DNA of 64,000 nucleotides, from NCBI RefSeq assembly GCF_016433145.1, contig NC_058133.1, forward strand, positions 190,701,949 through 190,765,948, in the 5' to 3' direction. Both the position numbers and the translations under genes were made by a program. How positions within the stretch are numbered: position 1 is the first letter of the stretch; each line of letters starts with the position of its first letter. Below, piece by piece: positions 49,689 through 64,000 of the stretch. Source of the DNA: Gracilinanus agilis. Its lineage: Eukaryota. A model generated the notes under the pieces. The model searched no databases, was not told where the DNA came from, and saw only the letters and a list, made by a program, of their open reading frames with translations.

Positions 49689-50905
49689 TCTTTTAACCAG
49701 TAATTTAATGATTACCCTTTGACAATCATTTAACTACTTCTGAATTTAGACAACTGTCCTAGACTAAACTGTTTTTGGACTAAATCTGTCCATCTGTTCA
49801 CATGGATAACCAGTCTGAGAAACTTTGTAAAATGCTTTGTTGAAATCTAGATAAAATCTGTAGCATCTCCCTGAATTTCTAGTTTAGGAAACCTGACAAG
49901 AAAAGAAATGGAGTTATTCATAGCTTTAGAGTTGTAAGGGACTTGAGAGGTCATTTAGTCCAGTATATTTATTTTACACACAAGGAAACCAAGGGCCTTA
50001 AAGTCAAAGTGACTTTCTTAAGGTCACAGGATAGGAGAATGTCAGAACAGGAGCTTGAACTGAGCTTCTTTGATCTTAAATGTAGGGTTCTTTTCACTAC
50101 ACCACACTGTCTTAGAAGGCAAAAAGGCAGCTTTGCATAGTTGACTAGTGTTAAGACTTGAATTCAGGAAGGGCTGAATTTAATATCTACCTTAGATTAG
50201 TTATTAGATTTGTGAATCTAGGCAAATTACTTAACCTTTATCAGCCTTTTTTTTTCTCATCTCTAAATTGGATACAATAATGGAATATTCCTTTCTTAGT
50301 CTTTTGATGTCTTAGTCTTTTGATAGCTTAGTGTGGGTTCAGTCCTTGAGGAATCTCTCTTGTTTGCATCATCCTCAATCAGGATAGAAATGTGAGGATA
50401 GAAATGAATAAAGTGCTTTGCAAACCTTGTTATCTATTATTGTTATGTTCATTATCTATCTCATGATCTTTTTTTGTCACTTGTTCTTGATGATAAATTG
50501 GCTCTTTGTCACTGTTGCTTTCTTTTCTGAAAATTCTTGAAGCATCCCTTTAATAATCTCCTCTAGAATTTCGTCAGGAGTTGAAGTCAAGTTCACAGAC
50601 CTATATTTTTCAGGCTCTGTTCTGAAAAGGAAGAGTCAAGGATAACTTCAATGTTATTTATTAATATGAGCAGCTGGGTGAAGGGTGGTTCCACAAAGAG
50701 GAATATGAAGTTGGAAAGATTAGTTTTATAGGGTGAGATAAACTTGGCTTTGGATATGCTGAATTTGATTCAGTAGTGGTGATATCTTAAAGACAATCAA
50801 TCAATCAACACGTATTTGCCAAGTGCTTTCCATGTGCCAGATACTTTGCTAAGTGTACTACACTAAGAAGTATATGAGGTGTTTAAAGAAGATTATTATT
50901 TTTGG

Positions 50906-51433
50906 TGTGAGGGCTTGCTGAGACCTTTTCAGGGCTACTTTCCTCCTTTGGTGTCCACTTGCTATCCAAGTCTCCTTTGTGACTCTAAGAAGCTGTAGTG
51001 TGTACACACCCTGCTAAAACCACTTTGGCAGATGAGATAAACCAGACTGAGAGTAATTTACAGGCCTTAGACTTAGTGAGTTGGGGTAGGGGCGGTGTCT
51101 ACCTCAGGTATATGAAGTCTTTCCCTGGCAGAATGGGCCGATGAGAACAATTTCTTCCAAAAGTCATGAAAGTGGTGAAAGTAGGCACTGTGGAGTGCTT
51201 AGAGCTTGGTTGGACATTGAAGAAGCCAAGGTCATCTACTGAATCCTGAGCCATCACTAGTCATTCTGACTTTTGTCTTGCCACTGGACTTCGATGACTC
51301 TGGAAGAGTCAGTGAGGTTTATGACTTTGTGCAACTCTGCCTCACTTAAATAAAATTATGTGTCAGTCAAAAGATATCATTCCTAGTGATATCATTCTGG
51401 TCCTCTTTGAGCATGAAGGACAACAACCAACCA
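50906..51433 (+). mobile_element. RTE-related marsupial SINE (WALLSI4/RTESINE-like)
   Basis: Ends in gaaggacaacaaccaaccaac and is homologous to the antisense copy at 21505-22080. Confidence 0.6.
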
Positions 51434-52008
51434 ACTTTGCCATGTGATGGGGATACTAAGAAAGAACAAAAGTGGTCCATGCATTTATAAAACTTACATT
51501 CTAATGGACACATGAATAGATATAGAGAAGATATACACAGAGTAGATGGAAGGCAATCTTAGAAGAGAAAGCACCTGGGGGTTAGGTGGTGGGTGGCAGG
51601 GTGAGGGTTGAGATAAAGAGGGCAGATAATCAAGAAAGACCTCCTGCTGAAGATGGGATTTGAGCTCTGTCTTCAAGGGGGTCAGAGATTTAAGGGCCAG
51701 AAATGATGAGGAAAAGTATTTCACCTACGGGATATATTGGGATAGTCATTGCAAAGGCGTGGAGATGGGACATAAAAGTGTCTTGTGTGAGGAATATCAA
51801 GTACGCCATATTTCAATTGCACTTTATGTGGAGGCAAGTAACTTGTAATAAGATGGGAAATACAGGAAGGGGCTAAGATGGTGAAGTGTTTTAAATGGCC
51901 AAAAAAGAAGAGTTTACATTTTATCCTCGAAAAAATAGGGAGCCACTAGTTTATTAAGTGGTACTCAATAAACGTGGTTAGACTTGAGTTTTAAGAAATC
52001 TGGCATCT

Positions 52009-52677
52009 ATACCACTGCTGGGTTTGTACCCCAAAGAGATCATAAGGAAAAAGACTTGTACAAAAATATTTATAGCCATGTTCTTTGTGGTGGCAAAAAA
52101 TTGGAAAATGAGGGGATGTCCCTCAATTGGGGATGGCTGAACAAATTGTGGTATCTGTTGGTGATAGAATACTATTGTGCTGAAAGGAATAATGAACTGG
52201 AGGAATTCCATATGAACTGGAAAGACCTACAGGAATTGATGCAGAGTGAAAGGAGCAGAACCAGGAGAACCTTATACACAGAGATTGATACACTGTGGCA
52301 CAATCCAATGTAATGGACTTCTCTACTAGCAGCAATGCAATGATCCAGGACAACTCTGAGGGACTTATGAAAAAAAAAACAACGCTATCCCCATCCAGAG
52401 AAAGAACTGTGGGAGTAGAAACACAGAAGAAAAAACAACTGCTTGATCACATGGGTTGATGGGGATATGATTGTAGATGTAAACTCTAAATGATCACCCT
52501 AATGCAAATATTAATAATATGGAAATAGATCTTGATCAATGACACATGTAAAACCCAGTGGAATTGTTCATTGGCTATGGGATGGGGGTGGGAGGAGGAG
52601 AGGGAAAGAACATGAATCATGTAACCATGGAAAGATATTCGAAATTAATTAATTAAATAAACATTTTCAAATGAAAA
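52009..52677 (+). mobile_element. 5'-truncated L1 (ORF2 C-terminus plus 3'UTR) inserted into an older L2 remnant
   Basis: Translates IPLLGLYPKEIIRKKTCTKIFIAMFFVVAKNWK, then after a frameshift WLNKLWYLLVIEYY (L1 ORF2 C-terminal motif). 16-bp TSD aagaaatctggcatct at 51993-52008 and 52678-52693; tt|aag endonuclease site. Confidence 0.92.
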
Positions 52678-54499
52678 AAGAAATCTGGCATCTTTGAGGA
52701 TGGAGGCTAATTAGGAGGATAATGCAATAGTTTGGATGAGAGTTGATGAGGGGTTGAACTAGGGTGGTAGTTACATGAGTGGAGACAATGGTGCATGTAC
52801 CAAAAATGCTATGGAAAAAGAAGCAACAATATTTGGAGATAGATTAGATATGTGGGGTGAGTGAGTAAGAAGTTGAGGATTGTGAAAGCGGGCTAACCAG
52901 AAGGATCGTGGAGCTCTTCATGCTAATAGGAAAAGTTGAGAGAGGAATGTATTTTTGTGGAAAAGTAGTTCTGTTTCAGATATATTGAGTTCAGAGTTTA
53001 TGTTGTTGTTATTGAGTCATTTCAGTCAATGTCCAACTCTTCGTAACTCCATTTGAGATTTTCTTGGCAAAGATAAAGGAATGGTTTGCCATTTTCTTCT
53101 CTAATTAATTTTATAGATGAAGAAACTGAGGCAAACAGGGTTAAGTGACTTGCCCAGAGTCGCACAGTTAGTAAGAAATGTTTAATAAGCAGTTGGTGAT
53201 ACAAGGTAAAAAGTTCAGGAGAGAAATTAGGGCTAGTTAATAAAGATCTGAGAATCATATGTATAGATGGATTAAAACTATGGGAGCTGATGAAATCACC
53301 AGGTGAGGAAGCTTAGAGACAAAAGTGGGGAGCTCAAGACAGAGCCTTGGGGGATACTCACAATTAGTGGATATGGTAAATGTGGACTAGTGAAGGAAAT
53401 ATGAGATGTCAGACAAGTAGGAGAAGAAACAGGAAAGAACAGTCACAAAAATTCAGAGAGAAGTAGATGGTCAATAGTGTCAAATCCTACAGAGAAGTCA
53501 AGAAAGTTGGGAAAAGGCCATTAGATTTTGCAACTAAGATAGTTTCTATAACTCTGCAGACAGTAAATTATACGGTTAGAGTCATATTGCAGAGGACATA
53601 AAGGTCAGAGGAGAGGAAGTAGATATAGATAGCTTTTTTAAAGGAGTTTAACAGAGAAAGGGTAAGAAAATAGCAGGTGGAGGTGGTAAGAATCAGTGAC
53701 TATTCTAGAAACGTAGCCCAGGAATGGTATTATAAGGTTGATAAAAGGTTAAGATACCTTTTCCAGGCTCTCTTTATTCCTAGACTGGAGCTAACTTACT
53801 TAGCTGTTCCTATTTAGACTGATTAGGAAGGTATCCTTAGAGGGGTAACCACACAGTGACTTATCTTTAAGGATCCTAGGAGTAACATTCTTGTGAGAAA
53901 CATTTCTACTCTTTACTACTATAACTCCTAAACCCCAACTAGTATGCTTCCCATCTGCAAAAGTCAGTCACAATGACATTATTGATTCTTAAACTTGAAA
54001 TGTTTACTTACTAATAATCACAGTCTACTCATTATCCAGGGTCACACTTTTCTGCCTATATACAAAATATCTGGTGGATATGGGAGTGGAACGGGCATAT
54101 GTTTAAAGAAACAGAGCATCGAAGTACGTGAATAGGGAAACTCCTGTGCCTGGGGAAATTCTGATATCTTTAGGGAACAGTTTAAACTACATGTTAGGAG
54201 CTGAGAAAGAATTAAATTCTTTTTAGCAAAAAACCTCCACACAAAGAAACAACTTTAGTGGCTTTTAGTGCAATAACGGTAAATCCTGTCTTTCCCTCAT
54301 TCCTCTGACATTTCTCCTTCTCTCAGACTATACTTGGCCATATAGGGCAGGTAAACCCTCTTCCTTCACAGGGGGAAGATTCTGTTTTCCTTCAACTGGC
54401 TTCCAGTCAGCATTTTCCTCCAATCAAACACTTAAATTAGTTTCAGATTCTATAGTTTCTGTATTCTCTGTTATAAGCAGCTTCTCTCCATCACTTTCT

Positions 54500-54670
54500 T
54501 TGCCTTCTGTCCTTGATTACTTCTCCTCCTCCTCCTCTTTTTCCTTTCTTCTTTTTCTTCTTCTCTTCCTCCTTTTTCTCCTCCTCTTATTTTTCCTCTT
54601 TCTCCTCTTCCTTTTTACCTCCTCCTGTTCTTCTTCTCTTTTTCCTCCTTTTATTTTCTTTCTTTATTCA
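54500..54670. repeat. Pyrimidine-rich low-complexity tract (CTC/TTC)
   Basis: Direct reading. Confidence 0.8.
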
Positions 54671-54681
54671 CTATTTTGTTT

Positions 54682-55297
54682 TATTTTTTCAAGATATTTT
54701 ATTTTCCCAATTATATGTAATAATAATTTTCAACCTATGTTTTCCAGAATTATAAGCTCTAAATTGTTTCTCTTCCTCTCATCCCTCTCCTGTCTTGGAG
54801 ATGGTAAGCAATTTGATCTGGGTTATACATGTATCACTATGCAAAACATTTCGATATTGTTCATTTGTGTAAGAGAATGACCATATAAAAACAAAACCCC
54901 CAAATAAAAACACAAATAAACTAATATGAACAATAGTGCCCTTTGATCTGCAACTGTCTATAACACTTGATCATCCCACAATATTGCTGTTACCGTGTAT
55001 AATGTTCTCTTGGTTCTGCTTATTTTACTCTGTATCAGTTCATGTAGGTTTTTTCTGCCCTTTCTGAAATCATCCTGGTCATCATTTCTAATTGCACAAC
55101 AGTATTCCATCACAATCAAATGCCACAATTTGTTCAGCCATTCCCCATTTGATCACAAAGGGAGCGACTATAAAGATTTTTGTACAAAAAGGTCCTTTCC
55201 CCTTTCTTCTTAAAAATCTCTTTGGGATACACACCTAGCAGTGATATTACAGATCAAAGGTATGCACAGTTTTATAGTCCTTTGAACATAGTTCCAA
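54682..55297 (-). mobile_element. L1 3' end (3'UTR plus ORF2 tail), antisense
   Basis: aacagtattccatcacaatcaaatgccacaatttgttcagccattcccc is the reverse complement of the ORF2 C-terminal region seen at about 52130-52190. Confidence 0.8.
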
Positions 55298-56303
55298 CTT
55301 CTTCCTATTTTCTGTGCTCATCTGGTATCCCCTTTCTGGCTTCAGTGCCCCAAGTCAATGCCTCCTATCTAATGCATATTGAAAAAAATCCCTCATGTTT
55401 ACAGTTCTATCAGTTATAGCACACAGAGACAATATAATAACTTTTCCATGGTCTGCAAAGAACTCTGGAATTTGTAGTTTCTCAATTAAATCATTCAAAA
55501 TCCTGAAAAGTCAATATGTATGAACTGATAAAAAACAATGCCTTGTGTCTATCCCCATCTTAGACAGTGATATATCTCTGAGAAGGGCTATTCTTTCTCT
55601 AGTTCTCTTAGAACAACTTATTTATCTACTTAAACACGATTATATGTTGGACTATGTCCCTTCTCAAGCTGATTTTTATCAGTGTTCCACATGCAAATTT
55701 CTTTTTCTTTCCCTTGCAGCATTCCAAATGTCCATATAAGAAAGGGGGTGGCATCTTGTGCAAGCATAGAGGAAATCTGGGTGTGTTTATGGGCACCAGA
55801 GAAAGAACCAGTAGATAATATGAAAGAAAAAATCCCCCAACTTAGGATTCTGTCTCTGTAGCCAAAAGTCTGTCAGAGATGGCTTATTTATTAGCATAAC
55901 TGCCTACAGGGAGTTATAAATGGGCAAAGTTTGCCCTGCTAATTGGAATTCTTCCTAACTCAGGCCATGTTTTCTTACATTCTATATTGTTCAAGAACAA
56001 AAGATAAAATTCCTTCAGTAGCATAAGAGAGGTAAAAAGGTCAGGTTTTAGTGTTTTTGATTTGCTTAAAAGGGAACAATACAAATGTCAACATTATAGG
56101 CTGCACCCATAGAGAATGATCTTCCTGAAACCAATTACTCTCTCTGTAAGCATTCCCTTTCCATTTTGGTCAAAGGTGAACTGGAAAAAAGTTGAAGTTC
56201 TGAAACAGAATTAAATTGAAAAATTTTCCTTAGTTTGATCACCAAAAACAAGACAAAACCTTTTAGTTTTAGGGAATCCTTTTTGAACTTGATTGATTGA
56301 AAA

Positions 56304-56494
56304 GCTCCCTTTTGAGCTGCTTTTCTCTTTCCCTGAAGGCCCTCTATCCAAGGCTGTGCTAGAGCCAGAGGGAAGCAGCTAGTGAAAACCAATTGTTAAA
56401 TTTTCAGTGTGAGCATGTGTACCTTGGAAATTAGTCAATGTTATAATCAGGATTTGATTTATTCTTTTGTTGTTTGTCTTGACCTAAGGAAATG
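56304..56494 (+). repeat. Copy 1 of a ~190-bp near-identical direct duplication
   Basis: Matches 58670-58857 with two substitutions and one 3-bp indel by eye. Confidence 0.95.
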
Positions 56495-58669
56495 TGTTAC
56501 ATCTTTTTCATTCGTTGTGAGGCCAAGGATTTTAGACCAGGACACTGTCATCATCATTGTCGTCTTTTTTCTTCTTCCTTCTTCTTTCTCCTTTTTTCTT
56601 TCTTCTTTCTTCTTCACATTTCCTAGTATAAAAAAGATTCCATGGTAGATCTGTTTCCATAACATGGAAAGACTGAAGAGAAGACAAAGAGAGAAGATGA
56701 TAGAGGGAGAAGTCTGCTGGAGAAGATGGCTAGGGATGATCAAGGGCCCTGCATGTAAGGGAGTTGGTCTTGATAGGAAGAAGGACTTTCTTTTCATTAG
56801 AGACCGCAGTGGAGGAAATCATGGGGGAATGATGTCAGGAGGATGGGAAATGAGAACTGAAGATGGATCTCAATAAATTGCCTCAGTTTTTTTTGAAGGG
56901 GATACATGAATCGAGGTTCTTGGAGCAGGTGGGAGAAAGGAATGACATGGGAAGCAGGTGCAGAGAAGATAATGTCTGGAGTAGTAGTTGCTGTGGTGAG
57001 TGGGATAGCAAATCAAATAAAGGAGAAAAATTTCTTTGCTTCTATGTATGCCCAGTTGAGATTTTTTTCTGATGAGTCATTTTGGTTGTGTCCAACTCTT
57101 GGTGATTCTGTTTGGGGTTTTCTTGGCAAAGATACTGGAGTAGTTTGCCATTTCCTTCTCCAGCTCATTTTAGAGAGGGAGGAAACTGAGGCAAACAGGG
57201 TTAAGTGACTTGCCTAGGGTCACACAGTTAGGAAGTGTCTAAGGCTGATTTGAACTTAGGTCCTCCTGACTCCAGTCACTCTATCCACCATGTCATCAAG
57301 CTGCCCATTCCTTAATTTAATAGAAGGCAATATGGTATAGTAGTAAGAGCAGTGGTTCTGGATATAGAGGACCTAATTTCAAATCTAGTCTCTGATACTT
57401 ATTACCTGTTTAACTTTAAACAAGTCACTCCCTGGGCCTCCATTTTATCATCTAGAAAATGAGATGGGTTAGACTAAAGTTATATTTAATATCATGGATT
57501 TATAGGTCTATAACCAGATAGGACCTCAGAGGTCTTGTTCCATTATTTTACAGATGAAGAAACTGAGGTCCAGGAAGGTTGATCAAGGTCACATAGGAAG
57601 TAGATGCTGTGAGATATGAGGTGAGATATGAACATAGATTCTCCCACTTGAAAATGAGTGCCTTTTCCATTGTGCTGTGTTGTCCCTCCAAACAAGGATT
57701 CTCGGGCCCTTTCCAGCTTCAGATTTCATTTTATAGAGGGAGGAAACTGATGCAAACAGGGTTAAGTGACTTGCCCAGGGTCACACAGCATTCCCATCCA
57801 TTTTTATGCATTTTTTGAACTGCTTGTATTTCCAGGATAGATTTTTTAGTCACAAAATATTTTGAAACAAAAAATTAAATGGACCTTTTCTTTCCAGGAA
57901 TGGCTTTTAGTTAGTCACTTTCTTCTGCTATAGTGAATTCAGACTGGTGTTTCTGGCCTTTGATTTCCTTCTCAGAGTTCTCTGTTTACCACCCCACATA
58001 CCCCAAGATTCCTTTAGTACCCATGGCAACTTTTGCTCAGCCAGGTCACAAAGGTTCCTAGGCCCAAAATATTGGCCATTGGATCAGACTTAGCATTTCA
58101 TGAATCTTACTCTTTAGAGGGTGACCTCACTTCTATTTCTAGGTCACCTGCAATGTTAGGACTACTCTTGCATCCTGATCCTCAATTCAGATCCGCCCCC
58201 CCCATTTTTATAATTATTTTTATTTTTCATATTTATTTTTATAATTAAGGGATTCAGAGAATCTTGACCAAAATCGTGTCAGAGAAAGCTGTCTACTCTG
58301 AAGATGTTCATGCATACTATTTGCACTTTATAATTTTGGACTCATATTTGAAGGGACTTGAAGGTCTTGAAGGGACCTTCTTCCTTTTGGGTGGATTTCT
58401 TATACAATATCTCTGAGTGCTTATCATATTTCTGCTTGAGCACATTTAGCAATGGAGAACTCACAGTCTTATGGGGTATCCCATTTCATTTTTATATTGT
58501 TTTAATTGTTAGGAAATCCATCCTCAGACTGACCTGACAGCCGTTTCTATTGCATTATTCCTGTACCAGTTTATCCTCTGGGGCCAACTAGAACACACCT
58601 AGTCTCTCTTTCATGTGATAGACAAGCTCTTCTCATATTTGAAGACTGTCCCCTTCAGGTGATGGGAGG

Positions 58670-58857
58670 GCTCCCTTTTGAGCTGCTTTTCTCTTTCCCT
58701 GAAGGCCCTCTATCCAAGGCTGTGCTAGAGCCAGAGGGAAGCAGCTAGTGAGAACCAATTGTTAAATTTTCAGTGTGAGCATGTGTACCTTGGAAATTAG
58801 TCAATGTTATAATCAGGATTTGATTTATTCTTTTGTTTGTCTTGACCTAAGAAAATG
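58670..58857 (+). repeat. Copy 2 of the ~190-bp duplication
   Basis: See copy 1. Confidence 0.95.
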
Positions 58858-58860
58858 ATG

Positions 58861-59070
58861 AGGGGGCAGCTGGGTAGCTCAATGGATAGAGAAACAGGTC
58901 TAGAGACGGGAGGTCCTAGGTTCAAATCTGGCCTCAGACACTTCCTAGCTGTGTGACCCTGGGCAAGTCATTTGACCCCCATTGTCTAGCCCTTACCACT
59001 CTTCTGCCTTAGAGCCAATACACAGTATTGATTCTAAGATCAAAGGTAAAGGTTTTTTTAAAAAAAGAAA
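58861..59070 (+). mobile_element. SINE1_Mdo-like SINE
   Basis: Full length, TSD aagaaaatgat. Confidence 0.88.
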
Positions 59071-59725
59071 GAAAATGATCAAGAAAATGTTAATGGTGCA
59101 GATGAAATTAAAAAAAAAATTTTAGAGAGCCAGTTTTTAAACATTTGCCAGCATGTACCTGCATCTGTTTTCCTCATCACTGGAAAGCAAAAGTAGATGC
59201 TCTTTCAACAAGTCCTTTCCCTTAATATTCACCTGTTTCTCCAAGCTAGAGGCCTCGGTTCTTCCCATTCCCAAAAGGATCCTGCCAGATCCTATTTCTA
59301 TAACTATTACACATTGTATTGTTATTATATAATATATTATATTATCACATTATCGAATATATTATGTTATTATATTATATTATATATTCCTGTTTCTATA
59401 GCTCTGTGTTTCTGTCCTGCCTAATATAGTTCTTTGCCCGCAGTGAAGGAGATTGTTAAGAGGCTTTTCCATCCTCAGCTGGTCCATTCTTCATGCTTCA
59501 TTTAAACTTGCCCAATCCCAGTTTCATCACAATTTCTCCCTCCCACACTGTTTTGTCTCGAGAGTTCTTCAGCATGGCCTCATTATGGGCAATGACCAGT
59601 GTGCCACCTCACTGCAAGCTTTCCCAGGGCCCCGAGGAAGCGGGGGCTAGGCTTGATGCTAGGGGGCTGGGAAGGTGGGATGATGCTCCGCCCCGGTAAT
59701 GAGGGTCCAAGAAACCCATGTGGGC

Positions 59726-62998
<3,273 letters not shown>

Positions 62999-64000
62999 TG
63001 AGAGGTGCTTTGGGGTGAGTCTCCCACCTCTTTGATCCTCAGTGTCCTCATCTGTAAGATTAAGCATTTGGACTAGGGGTGATCTTTAATCAGAGTATCC
63101 TCAACCTAGAGTTGGAAGGGACCATGGTGGCCCTCTAGTTCAACCTCTAGTTCAGTCTAATTCAATCAGTTTTACAGAGAAGAAATCTGAGACTCAAAGA
63201 AGTTAGATGACTTGCTCATGGTCGCACAAGAAGTAAGTGATCATCATCATAATAATAGTGACCATTTATATGCTTACTATGTGCCAGGCACAGTGCTAAG
63301 GGCTTTACAAATATTATCGCATTTGGTCCTTACAACAACCCTGGGAGATAGGTGTTATTATATTTCCCATTTCATAGATAATAAAATTGAGTTTTTTGTT
63401 ATTCAGTCATTTCCATTGTGTCTGATACTTCATGACTCCATCTGGGGGTTTCTTGGCAAAGATATTTGGCAAAGTAGTTTGCCGTTTCCTACTCCAGTTC
63501 ACTTAACAGAGGAGGAAACCCAGCCAAACCAAGTTAAATGACTTGCCCAGGCTCATACAGCTAGTAAATATCTGAGACTGAATTTGAACTCCTGAAGATA
63601 AGTCTTCCTGACTTCAGAACCAGCACTCTATCCACTGTGCCACTTGCCCTCAAAATTGAGGCAAATAGAGGTTGTGACTTTTCCAGGGTTGTGCAACTAG
63701 TAAGTGTCTGAGGATGGATTTGAACTCAAGTCTTCCTGACTTCAGGCCCTGTACTCTTTCCATTTCATCACTCAGAACTAAGATTTAAACCTGGGTCTTA
63801 TGATTCCATGTCTAATGTTCTTTTCTCAGTATACTACACTGCCTTCTGGTTTCCGAATGCTTGGATCCTATTGCCAGAGCTGGTTAGTGCATCTCAAACA
63901 AGTCTGATGACATACCTTGTATCTATTGGATACAAGAGCATTGCTTCCTATGTGCCAGGCACTGGGCTAACTAAGGCAACACCAGTCCCTGCCCTCATGG

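Noticed and set aside
53690-54490. Possible solo LTR
   Set aside because: Unique-looking sequence with a TATA-like motif, but I could not identify TG...CA termini, a TSD or a second copy.
54500-54880. 126-aa Phe/Leu/Ser-rich ORF
   Set aside because: Low-complexity pyrimidine tract running into an antisense L1 3'UTR.
47300-59700. An extra keratin gene or pseudogene between KRT35 and KRT32 (likewise 7000-22700 and 28300-39700)
   Set aside because: I found no rod-domain motifs (LNDRLA, IDNA, YETE/YENE, EIATY) by eye or in the ORF track. A highly decayed relic cannot be excluded without tBLASTn.

Overview
Vertebrate genomic DNA from a marsupial, most likely the opossum Monodelphis domestica. 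The species call is inferred from SINE1_Mdo-like SINEs, marsupial CORE-SINEs, OposCharlie-type hAT MITEs and L1 3' ends. The window covers part of the type I keratin cluster, with four genes on the + strand in the same order as human. KRT13 spans CDS 2197-6611 in 8 exons; the end of exon 2 lies in an N gap. KRT36 spans 23082-27997 in 7 exons (462 aa) and KRT35 spans 40053-47069 in 7 exons (455 aa). KRT32 starts at 60011; exons 1-3 are present and the rest lies beyond the window. Exon sizes (83/157/162/126/221 nt), phases and GT-AG sites match the canonical type I keratin structure. Intergenic DNA is dense in SINEs, LINEs, MITEs and microsatellites, and there are five assembly gaps. I found no new protein-coding system, CRISPR array or true tRNA/rRNA gene. 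The most notable observations are: a positionally fixed LEF1-HOXC13-TATA module in all three hair-keratin promoters, not seen at the matching KRT13 positions; local duplications upstream of KRT13 and KRT32; a 73-bp templated insertion; a degraded near-full-length 7SL retrocopy; three SINEs stacked at one target site; an orphan GC-box/CCAAT/TATA promoter-like element; a possible poison acceptor in KRT36; and a 69-bp higher-order minisatellite. Human protein and repeat-consensus comparisons are from memory, not from a search. Repeat boundaries are approximate.
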